DNA of 54,287 nucleotides, from positions 1 through 54,287 of the IMG/VR virus record IMGVR_UViG_3300030117_006441; one strand, given 5' to 3'. Made by a program: the position numbers and the translations under genes. Below the pieces are notes generated by a model. That model was not told the origin of the DNA and did no database searches. It saw nothing but the letters and a program-made list of their open reading frames with translations. Shown here in pieces: positions 38,083 through 45,508 of the stretch. The DNA is from a virus. Lineage: Duplodnaviria; Caudoviricetes. The stretch's first letter is position 1, and every line of letters begins with the position of its first letter.

Positions 38083-39025
38083 GTATCCCTCCTGTTAAAT
38101 AACTTTCATTCCAGCTTTGTTCATCAGCATAATCCATATAAGGATCTAACTCTTCATAACCAGGATCACAAATGATTAAATCCCATGCATGTATTTCTAA
38201 TAAGCTATCAAAATCACATTTTTCTATTAGTTCTACAGACAATGGCATTTTAGCATTTTCTAATCTTCTGTTTACATCCTTTATTTTATTAGCATATTTT
38301 TCATAGTTAAATTCACCAGCTATAAATGAAGAATTTATACTATCTACTTTTTCTAATAATTGAATCCATGCTGTTCTTATTATATTTCTTTCACTATGCT
38401 CATTAAGATTTGCATTGAATAAAGTAGTTTGATCTGTTCCAGGAATAACAGTTCCACTTGTTACTCCCTTATTAGTCCATTTACTCCAACTACTACCAGA
38501 ATTATACCAATTAGTAGCTGGTTTAGTACAGAATTTTTCTACTTCATCATTAATTTTCTTAGGTATCTTAAATTCTTTATTATCATTTAAGATATTAAGT
38601 TCAACATCTTTATGCATTACAAAAGGTTTCCATACTGATACTCTACATTTATATTCTTCTTTTACATTAACTACTAAAGCAAAACTTAAGTCGCCATCTT
38701 CATATTCATCTATAGTATTTGTATCAGTACCACTCCAGAAAGCATCCATTTTAGCATGAGAATGCCACCAACAAAAGCGAATGTTCTTTTTCTTATACTT
38801 CATAGCCATTTTACTGTAATATGCTGCTAATTCAGTTTTATCTAATTCGCATAATGCTGGAGATACTTCTTGTTTCATTATTACTGGATCTGTAATTTGC
38901 CAGTCACCATCCTCATCTTGAATAGTTACTGCCATACCACCTATTTCTGTGCTCCATTTATTTGAAGCACATCTGGCATAATTAATTATCTTATCCCAAT
39001 CCTTCTTTTCTATAAATACTTCCAT
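38069..39025 (-). CDS. JAB/MPN+ (JAMM) metallo-isopeptidase
   Basis: EIGG plus exact H-x-H-x7-S-x2-D motif (HSHAKMDAFWSGTD). Confidence 0.88.
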   Translation of the reverse strand: MEVFIEKKDWDKIINYARCASNKWSTEIGGMAVTIQDEDGDWQITDPVIMKQEVSPALCELDKTELAAYYSKMAMKYKKKNIRFCWWHSHAKMDAFWSGTDTNTIDEYEDGDLSFALVVNVKEEYKCRVSVWKPFVMHKDVELNILNDNKEFKIPKKINDEVEKFCTKPATNWYNSGSSWSKWTNKGVTSGTVIPGTDQTTLFNANLNEHSERNIIRTAWIQLLEKVDSINSSFIAGEFNYEKYANKIKDVNRRLENAKMPLSVELIEKCDFDSLLEIHAWDLIICDPGYEELDPYMDYADEQSWNESYLTGGIHGQK

Positions 39026-40329
39026 TATTGATTCCTCCTATTATTTACTAGATTTAATGTTAATGCTTCCAGAGCTTCTCTTTCAGCGTTTGTTGTTGTA
39101 GGTGAAACTTCTACAGGTTCATCTTTATATATCACTACAGCAGCTTTATACGATGGACATTCATCTTTTACAGTACAATATGCAGAACAATAAGATTCTT
39201 CTGTAACATTTATCCCATCTTCAGCCTGATCTTGAACAATATGACCATATCCACAATTAGAAGGTGTCATTTTAGCATTTATATTGTAATATTCATCATT
39301 GCCTTCTAAGAAATTAGGCTGTCCAAAGTAAGATCTATTAATTTGATTAAGTGGGCCTGTTTGAGTGTCATAATGTGTCATCAATCTATTTATAAATACT
39401 TTTAATGATATAAAATCTAAAGCTCTTACGCAAGAATGAAATTCTTGATTCATAGCTCCTACACATACATATCTAAAAGCATCGTTAAATATATTATTAT
39501 AATTATATGAATATCCATTACCACTTATAAATGGATGTTGCAATCCTTGATAACTACCATACCATCTGCCACCTATAGCATAAAACCAGTTTTTAGTACT
39601 GTTACCATTGGCTACTCTAATACTATTTGGTATTCTATTTACATCAAGTTTTGCAGATATTAGACAATTAATTATTTTTACTAATGATATTCTTATAACT
39701 ATGTAGCCTTCTCCAGGTAAATTAATTTCTGCTATATTATCTGGATTTTCGTAATGCCTATAGTTAATTTTTACATCATTATAATTATATATTATATCTA
39801 ATAAATAATTAGTAACAACTCCTTCAGTTTCTATTGGACTTATTCTTAAACCAAAAGCACCGTCAGACATTTCATATTGCCTATACAAATGAGCTTTTAT
39901 TACTTCCCATGACTCAATTACATCATCAGTATTATCTTGCATTATGAGCCCTTGTTGCCTAAAGCTACTTAATATGTCTTCAATATTTGCTAATTCAGTC
40001 GACATATTTCTTAATCTCCAATTAGCATTATCTTTAACTCTTTGTACAACTTTTCCTAATGAATTTGCTTTCTTATGCATTTCACCTTGATGCCATAATA
40101 TATCTTTTATAGTATCATAAGCTCCTGGTTTCCAATAAAACTTTTTAGTAATACCAAGAGGTTTAGTAGGTGCATGTAAATTGTAAGACCTTACTACATG
40201 ATTTTCACCTTGTACGTATCTAGTATTAAATTCATCAATTAATTCTAATACTTCAGCTTGAGGTCCTAATTGAATATTTTCTATTAAGCTTGTCAAGTCT
40301 GGATTTAATTCAAATAAGTTTGTTTGCAT
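39025..40329 (-). CDS. Putative E2/UBC-like conjugating enzyme with long N-terminal extension
   Basis: HPFIS (H265)…YVCVG (C289) resembles the prokaryotic E2 HP-x-h…hC-h-G motif; lies between the Ubl and JAB genes. Confidence 0.55.
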   Translation of the reverse strand: MQTNLFELNPDLTSLIENIQLGPQAEVLELIDEFNTRYVQGENHVVRSYNLHAPTKPLGITKKFYWKPGAYDTIKDILWHQGEMHKKANSLGKVVQRVKDNANWRLRNMSTELANIEDILSSFRQQGLIMQDNTDDVIESWEVIKAHLYRQYEMSDGAFGLRISPIETEGVVTNYLLDIIYNYNDVKINYRHYENPDNIAEINLPGEGYIVIRISLVKIINCLISAKLDVNRIPNSIRVANGNSTKNWFYAIGGRWYGSYQGLQHPFISGNGYSYNYNNIFNDAFRYVCVGAMNQEFHSCVRALDFISLKVFINRLMTHYDTQTGPLNQINRSYFGQPNFLEGNDEYYNINAKMTPSNCGYGHIVQDQAEDGINVTEESYCSAYCTVKDECPSYKAAVVIYKDEPVEVSPTTTNAEREALEALTLNLVNNRRNQ

Positions 40330-40354
40330 TGTATCTCTCCTATATTGTAAGAAA

Positions 40355-40395
40355 GGGGACAGTAAGTGGATTGTAAGTGTGAGTAGACTATCCCC
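40355..40395 (-). terminator. Terminator-like stem-loop between the Ubl and E2-like genes
   Basis: GGGGATAGT/ACTGTCCCC stem (one U-G), large loop, followed by TTTCTT. Confidence 0.45.
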
Positions 40396-40416
40396 CTCCT
40401 CTGTGTTTACACTAAA

Positions 40417-40629
40417 CTAGCAACCGCCAGATTTATTATTCTGAACAGCTGCCACTACGGAACCATCTGTAAGTTCATGAGTATCCGCCACATTAGTACC
40501 ATTTACTGCAATATCAGCACCAGGGCTAATATCTAATTCAGCTCTCAATTGAGCTACAGTTAATGAAGTGACTTCTTTATCTACAAATCCACCACCCGCT
40601 AACCATCTTATCGTTCTAGTTGTTGCCAT
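40417..40629 (-). CDS. Ubiquitin-like (ThiS/MoaD-type beta-grasp) protein ending KSGG-C
   Basis: 70 aa; TVAQLRAEL, IAVNG, HELTDGSVV, C-terminal GG plus one residue; AAGGAGG RBS. Confidence 0.85.
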   Translation of the reverse strand: MATTRTIRWLAGGGFVDKEVTSLTVAQLRAELDISPGADIAVNGTNVADTHELTDGSVVAAVQNNKSGGC

Positions 40630-40657
40630 ATTTGGCCTCCTTTTCCTGTTTAGTTAA

Positions 40658-40813
40658 CTATTTCCAACTATTTAGCTTATCAACATAGCAATCTTCTGCT
40701 ATTTCAGCTAATTTTTCTATTTCTAGATTATTACTCTTAGTATCTTTAAATTTCATAGTATATTCTTTAATGTTACCAGTTTTATCTAATCTAATTACTT
40801 TTACTTTTAACAT
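40658..40813 (-). CDS. Hypothetical protein (51 aa)
   Basis: Read manually; AGGAGG RBS; directly upstream of the Ubl gene. Confidence 0.55.
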   Translation of the reverse strand: MLKVKVIRLDKTGNIKEYTMKFKDTKSNNLEIEKLAEIAEDCYVDKLNSWK

Positions 40814-41334
40814 ATTTCAAAGCCTCCTGATTCTTTGCAAAATTCAGCAAATCTTCTGACATTATCAGTATTAAAAGGATAACTTGACTTATAATTAATA
40901 TCTTTATCATCACTTTTTTCTGCTTCTTTTCTTTTTATTTCAAAATGATTTGCATATTTATCAGTTTCACCAGATTCTATCTTTTTAAACAATATATCGG
41001 CTATTTTCATTGCTTTAGTTTTAGTAATAACTCTACCATCATTATAATGACCAGCTGTTATATCATCTTTGTCAAGAACATCTATGCATTCATTACATAC
41101 ATAGTCCCACAATGGGCGCCACCACCATACATTATTACGAAAATATATACCAGGGTTATCATCATGATGCTTTTCCATTTGTTCCCAATATTTTTTGCGA
41201 TCATTTTTATTTAGATTGTCTTGCATTGACCATCTTTCTGCAAAATCATCAATTGACTCTATCATACCATAAACTGTAGTATCATCGAGCTCAACATTTA
41301 CTTTAGGTTTTATCCCATGTACATCAAATCCCAT
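40807..41334 (-). CDS. Phage hypothetical protein
   Basis: MGFDVHG…YFRNNVWWWRPLW…FCKESGGFEIC; AAGGAGG RBS. Confidence 0.7.
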   Translation of the reverse strand: MGFDVHGIKPKVNVELDDTTVYGMIESIDDFAERWSMQDNLNKNDRKKYWEQMEKHHDDNPGIYFRNNVWWWRPLWDYVCNECIDVLDKDDITAGHYNDGRVITKTKAMKIADILFKKIESGETDKYANHFEIKRKEAEKSDDKDINYKSSYPFNTDNVRRFAEFCKESGGFEIC

Positions 41335-41439
41335 TATTTACCTCCTTTTAGCCTAGCTTGGCGTTTTCTACGATCATTAAAGTGTTTTAATAAATACGTA
41401 GGTATATTATATTTATTCATATCATTAATAGCATGATAT

Positions 41440-41628
41440 TTAGTTCTCTGAGTTCCGTTTATATTCATCTTTATCTCCACTTAAGTTATCATTGTCTCGT
41501 AAAACAGGTTCTATCCTGTCCATAAGTTTTTTACCCAATTTATCTTGCCTATTTTGTATTGCTATATAAGTGTAAACATCTCTTAATAATTGCAATATAT
41601 CTCTTACATTCCTAAAATGTATACCCAT
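41440..41628 (-). CDS. Hypothetical protein
   Basis: ORF track; AAGGAG RBS. Confidence 0.6.
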   Translation of the reverse strand: MGIHFRNVRDILQLLRDVYTYIAIQNRQDKLGKKLMDRIEPVLRDNDNLSGDKDEYKRNSEN

Positions 41629-41662
41629 TATTAATCTCCTTAGTTAGTTTATTGTAAATTTA

Positions 41663-41777
41663 TTAGAGAACTACGAACATACGAGTAAACGTATATCCTA
41701 CATACCGCTCCAACCTGGTGATCACCGCGTTTTTCAAGTTGGCGTTAATCATTAGATACATATGATTAGTTCTCTAA
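41663..41777 (-). ncRNA. Candidate structured ncRNA (multi-branch)
   Basis: Perfect 11-bp closing stem TTAGAGAACTA/TAGTTCTCTAA enclosing three hairpins; no ORF. Confidence 0.5.
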
Positions 41778-41784
41778 ATCTTTG

Positions 41785-41905
41785 GGGCGAACCATCTGTT
41801 ATTTTCGAGGTGTATTAAGTGATCAGGCATGTCGTCCCCCGACCATATCGATATATTGTCAACATTGCTCACCAGCATGTATCGAAAATATCTAGGTCAT
41901 CACCC
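41785..41905 (-). ncRNA. Candidate structured ncRNA
   Basis: GGGTGA/TCGCCC outer stem (U-G on the - strand); inner 9-bp TATTTTCGA/TCGAAAATA. Confidence 0.5.
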
Positions 41906-41918
41906 TTGCACGTTGAGC

Positions 41919-42551
41919 TTAAGTCTTACAATTATCTTCAAATTCAGATAAATCCTTATCACCACCTTCAATTTTACCAGTAAGAGCATCTCTGTATATA
42001 TGATTATTATTATTATCAACAGTTTTACCATATTTTACATGAGTTGTAGCAAAATCAAGATTTATATTTCTAGAAGACATAGATTCTATCTTATCAAATG
42101 CTGACATCATAATATCTCTATATGATTCACATTTTTCACAACCATCTGGTCCATGTTCTCCTGCATGCCATAGAATATCCATATGTGACATTATATTTTC
42201 ATATCTTTTATCACTATTACTATATTTCTTAACTTCTATCACATTTTTATTTTTAAGTTGTGCGATTTCGTCCAACTTCATTAAATATTTTTTGTAATCA
42301 TCTCTTGATGTATCTACAGCTATACTGATTTGATGCTTAAGATCTTCTATCATTTGATTTTTAATCTTTAATTTAGCTTTTAAAGTATACAAATCTTGAC
42401 CAAGTGATAGTATTTCTTCTTCTTTTTCTATCATTTCATCATCTTTTTGCATATCAGCTTCCATTGCATCTCTCATCCACTTATCTTTTAATACTTTATA
42501 AGCTTCTGATATATCTTTATCATCTTTCTTATCTTTGTATTGATCTTCCAT
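41919..42551 (-). CDS. Coiled-coil hypothetical early protein
   Basis: ORF track; GGGAG RBS; H…H…CxxC. Confidence 0.65.
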   Translation of the reverse strand: MEDQYKDKKDDKDISEAYKVLKDKWMRDAMEADMQKDDEMIEKEEEILSLGQDLYTLKAKLKIKNQMIEDLKHQISIAVDTSRDDYKKYLMKLDEIAQLKNKNVIEVKKYSNSDKRYENIMSHMDILWHAGEHGPDGCEKCESYRDIMMSAFDKIESMSSRNINLDFATTHVKYGKTVDNNNNHIYRDALTGKIEGGDKDLSEFEDNCKT

Positions 42552-42741
42552 TTTATTCTCCCTTAATTAGTTTAGTGTGTATTAACAAATATTATCTATA
42601 ATTTGTTTCTATAAGCTCATTTCTAAGATATTCCGCAAATTTCTTAGTATCTTCAAGATCTTTTTCTAACTTCTTTATTTTTTTCTTTAATCTTACTAGT
42701 ACTATTTTATCGTGCATTGTATTCCTCCTTAATTATTTTAA

Positions 42742-43321
42742 TATATGTAGGCATACATCTTCCAGAAATGACGTTAGGTTTGTTATCTATATCAACAGGT
42801 GCCCCCGTATCAATATTTTAGATCAACTTGTGGTTGAAGACAAGCGGCGACCAAGCTACTAAATGCATCCCTACACATAATTTTATAGTATCATGATGGA
42901 TCTAAGCTCATACTCTTGTCCATCTCTACATTATGAGAGAAACCCAATTAGGGCCTTGTAGTGATACTAATTCTTTAGTATGGTAGCATAGATATAAATA
43001 TCCACGGGTTCATGATTCCCATTATACACCACCATACTGGTCGCGAGTAGAGCAATAGCTCATCGAAAAGTATAGGATATAAATATTGTACAGTCTCCAT
43101 TTAAGCAGCAAGCTGCCCCTAATTGACGAAGTTAGGTAGTAAGAGTCACTTTTAGACCACTACGCAAGCGTATTATAATATCTATATCCTAATTATAAAA
43201 TTATAAGTATAAGGCCTCGGTATCATTCATCTAACTATCTATCTGTTACAAAGCCGCTAAGCTACGGGACTGTGCACTAAGTCCTAGATTGCTAGGGAGT
43301 TTCAACTGTACCTTATACTTA
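42742..43321 (-). ncRNA. Array of structured RNA-like domains 3' of the tRNA (42742-42879, 42886-42969, 42977-43038, 43073-43191, 43204-43321)
   Basis: Each unit is closed by its own 8-11 bp inverted repeat, mostly with short A/T linkers; no ORF of 60 aa or more. Confidence 0.55.
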
Positions 43322-43327
43322 ATGTTG

Positions 43328-43400
43328 TAGCGGAGGTTGGAATCGAACCAACAAACTTGTGGTTATGAGCCACACTAGGCTACCAAGCCTGCTCTCCGCA
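43328..43400 (-). tRNA. tRNA-Met(CAT), initiator-like, CCA not encoded
   Basis: TGCGGAG/CTCCGCT acceptor stem; TGTGG-CTCATAA-CCACA anticodon arm; GTTGG-TTCGATT-CCAAC T arm. Confidence 0.9.
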
Positions 43401-43408
43401 ATTGATTG

Positions 43409-43583
43409 AAACTTACTTACATCAACGAATGCATTACCCGTTCTTTTATAGATATAATTAGAATAGTTGGGTTGATTCTATTACAGATGTTGTTTAGTGT
43501 AAGTTTATACTATATATAAAGGAAGCTACTGCACATACGGTATATATTATGACACATATGGAGTGCATATACAGTAGCATTCC
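43409..43583 (-). ncRNA. Two further structured domains 5' of the tRNA (43409-43506, 43521-43583)
   Basis: AAACTTAC/GTAAGTTT and GGAAGCTACTG/CAGTAGCATTCC closing stems. Confidence 0.45.
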
Positions 43584-43609
43584 CGTGAAACATTCCAGAA
43601 AACTACAGA

Positions 43610-43876
43610 TTATTCGTCTGTAGTCTTCTCGAAAGGTGATTCATACTCTTCATCTTCTTTCAAAGTTAGGTCAATATTAACACCAAACAATGTAGCTTCT
43701 TCTATAACATCTTTAATAGCAGCATCACGTTGTCTTTTAAGATCCATTTGACTTGCTATAGGCTGTCCTAGTATTCTATTCCAACCTCTTTTAGCAGGTG
43801 CATTCTCAATCTTAGGTGCAAACCTTTTAAATATTCCTTTTACTCTATTACGATATTCCATCTTTTCTTCTGTCAT
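43610..43876 (-). CDS. First early gene, hypothetical protein
   Basis: ORF track; AAGGAG RBS. Confidence 0.65.
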   Translation of the reverse strand: MTEEKMEYRNRVKGIFKRFAPKIENAPAKRGWNRILGQPIASQMDLKRQRDAAIKDVIEEATLFGVNIDLTLKEDEEYESPFEKTTDE

Positions 43877-43974
43877 TTTACTATCTCCTTTTATTTAAAT
43901 AACTATAAAATATTTATATATATTTATATTAAAAAAATCTATATGATTTTTAACTAAATTTCCTTTTTGGAAAT

Positions 43975-43990
43975 CCGCCCGATAGGGCGG
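43975..43990. promoter_or_regulatory. GC-rich hairpin in the divergent control region
   Basis: CCGCCC-GATA-GGGCGG in AT-rich surroundings. Confidence 0.5.
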
Positions 43991-44205
43991 TTATACATAA
44001 AAAAGACCACACGATAAAATGCTACAATTTTGAAACCTTTTCTCTTCGTGAAGTAATATAATTTTTTACCATCTCCCTTCGACAAAATCTAGGATTGCTT
44101 TCCCAAAACCGACCAATTAGTCTGCAAAATTCGTAAGTCATTGTATTTCAGCAACTTACAGCTCAAAAATAATTCTTGATTTTTAAAATAAAAGTATATA
44201 ATATA

Positions 44206-44214
44206 TGATATAAT
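44206..44214 (+). promoter_or_regulatory. Extended -10 promoter for the packaging/head operon
   Basis: TGATATAAT upstream of the GGAGG RBS and ATG 44240. Confidence 0.5.
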
Positions 44215-44239
44215 AAATTTATGAAAGGAGGTTATAGTT

Positions 44240-44425
44240 ATGGCATTAAAAAAGTATATCCTAACTATAGAATATGATGATAACGGAGATAATTGTGAAT
44301 ATATTGAAGAACAAATCATTGACGATACCTCCGATAATAAACGAATAATATACGAGGCTGAACTCGATAAGTACTTTACTGATACAGATCTAGCATGTTT
44401 GTTAGATGACTTAGCGGAAGCATAA
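44240..44425 (+). CDS. Small acidic hypothetical protein
   Basis: ORF track; GGAGG RBS. Confidence 0.65.
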   Translation: MALKKYILTIEYDDNGDNCEYIEEQIIDDTSDNKRIIYEAELDKYFTDTDLACLLDDLAEA

Positions 44426-44473
44426 GTAAGCGGCCGCTGGCGCGGCCTCGTTAATAACCAGGGAGATAAAATA

Positions 44474-44668
44474 ATGGACACATGGACATTAGGAGAAAAA
44501 TACAAAGCTCAACAAGAAGAGTTAAGAGAGTTAAAGGCTCGTGTTAAGTATATGGAGGAGTACCTAGCTACATTAACAAAGGGAAACAAAAAGGATGAGA
44601 AGCTACAAGATAAACAAAGTGGTTCATCACGTGTTCGAGCCACAAGACGAAATACCAAAAAGTCTTAA
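44474..44668 (+). CDS. Small coiled-coil protein
   Basis: ORF track; GGGAG RBS. Confidence 0.55.
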   Translation: MDTWTLGEKYKAQQEELRELKARVKYMEEYLATLTKGNKKDEKLQDKQSGSSRVRATRRNTKKS

Positions 44669-45329
44669 CGTATTAAGCGACTGGAGGAAAGGTCGAATTG
44701 GCGACTGGGTGAAGACGGATGACGAATGTGTTATTCAAGTATTAAGACGAGGGCAGATGTTACGCTCAAAAGGTAGAGATAAGGTCAGGGAATACATAGG
44801 TACGTGCACTGGCACATTTCCTATAGGACCCCGTGTAAAGATGGATGCATCTAAAAGGGCTAATATATACTCATTCGGGGGGAGTAAAAGCCCAGACACT
44901 ATTCTCTTAGACCGTGAAAATCTGACCAAAGCTGAATCTGTCTTCGTTTTATACGTATCTAAAGGTATGGCGATAGAGGAAGCATATATAAAAGCATTTC
45001 CTACAAATAATATTAGGTATGCAAAAGAAAAGTCGGCAAGTTTAATAAAGACTGAAAGGATTAAAACTGCTATGAAAGAAGAATTAAAGCCTGTATTAGA
45101 AGAATTAGGCATAAATGAAGAGTATATTATTAAAGGTATTAAATCAGAGGCTGAAACTGCTGATAAATCTGACACAAGATTAAAAGCTTTATTTAAATTA
45201 TCTGATATTATGGACTTAGAAGACAAAAATCAAACTAAAGTTACACAAATATCAGGAGCAGTATTTAAAGGGTTTGGAGAAGCTAACTTAGAAGAGGCAA
45301 AAAGACCTGTTGAGATAGAAAACAAATGA
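44595..45329 (+). CDS. Putative terminase small subunit
   Basis: HTH-like EEAYIKAF…ASLIK and DKSDTRLKALFKL helices; upstream of terL. Confidence 0.6.
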   Translation: MRSYKINKVVHHVFEPQDEIPKSLNVLSDWRKGRIGDWVKTDDECVIQVLRRGQMLRSKGRDKVREYIGTCTGTFPIGPRVKMDASKRANIYSFGGSKSPDTILLDRENLTKAESVFVLYVSKGMAIEEAYIKAFPTNNIRYAKEKSASLIKTERIKTAMKEELKPVLEELGINEEYIIKGIKSEAETADKSDTRLKALFKLSDIMDLEDKNQTKVTQISGAVFKGFGEANLEEAKRPVEIENK

Positions 45330-45508
45330 GTTTTTTTAAAACATTTGTAGAATATATTAAAGCAGATAAAGATATAATTAAATATAGACTTGATATATGT
45401 CAGAAATGTCCTTTTTTAAGCAATAATTCTAGATGCAGCCAATGTGGTTGTTTTATGAAAATTAAAACAGTAATAGGACCAGCACGATGTCCTGTTGGAA
45501 AGTGGTAA
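45326..45508 (+). CDS. Small Cys-rich protein (DUF6171-like)
   Basis: RLDICQKCP…CSQCGCFM…CPVGKW. Confidence 0.65.
   Translation: MSFFKTFVEYIKADKDIIKYRLDICQKCPFLSNNSRCSQCGCFMKIKTVIGPARCPVGKW

Noticed and set aside
37420-40629. Thiamine/molybdopterin sulfur-relay (ThiS-ThiF) auxiliary metabolic genes
   Set aside because: No thiG, moaE, cysteine synthase, desulfurase or rhodanese nearby, and an E2-like gene is embedded in the cluster; disfavoured but not formally excluded
43204-43327. tRNA-associated theta/HDV-like ribozyme directly 3' of the tRNA
   Set aside because: Could not build the nested double pseudoknot by eye; the unit is closed by a simple 11-bp stem. A descriptor search is needed to exclude it fully
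42742-43583. CRISPR array or tmRNA interpretation of the non-coding array
   Set aside because: No repeated sequence unit with regular spacers; no tmRNA-like acceptor/T-arm ends or tag reading frame recognised
44735-45226. Long antisense ORFs (this one, 47508-48044, 44089-44505, 34352-34756, 28565-28933 and similar)
   Set aside because: They lie opposite well-supported genes, lack RBSs and motifs, and are typical shadow ORFs
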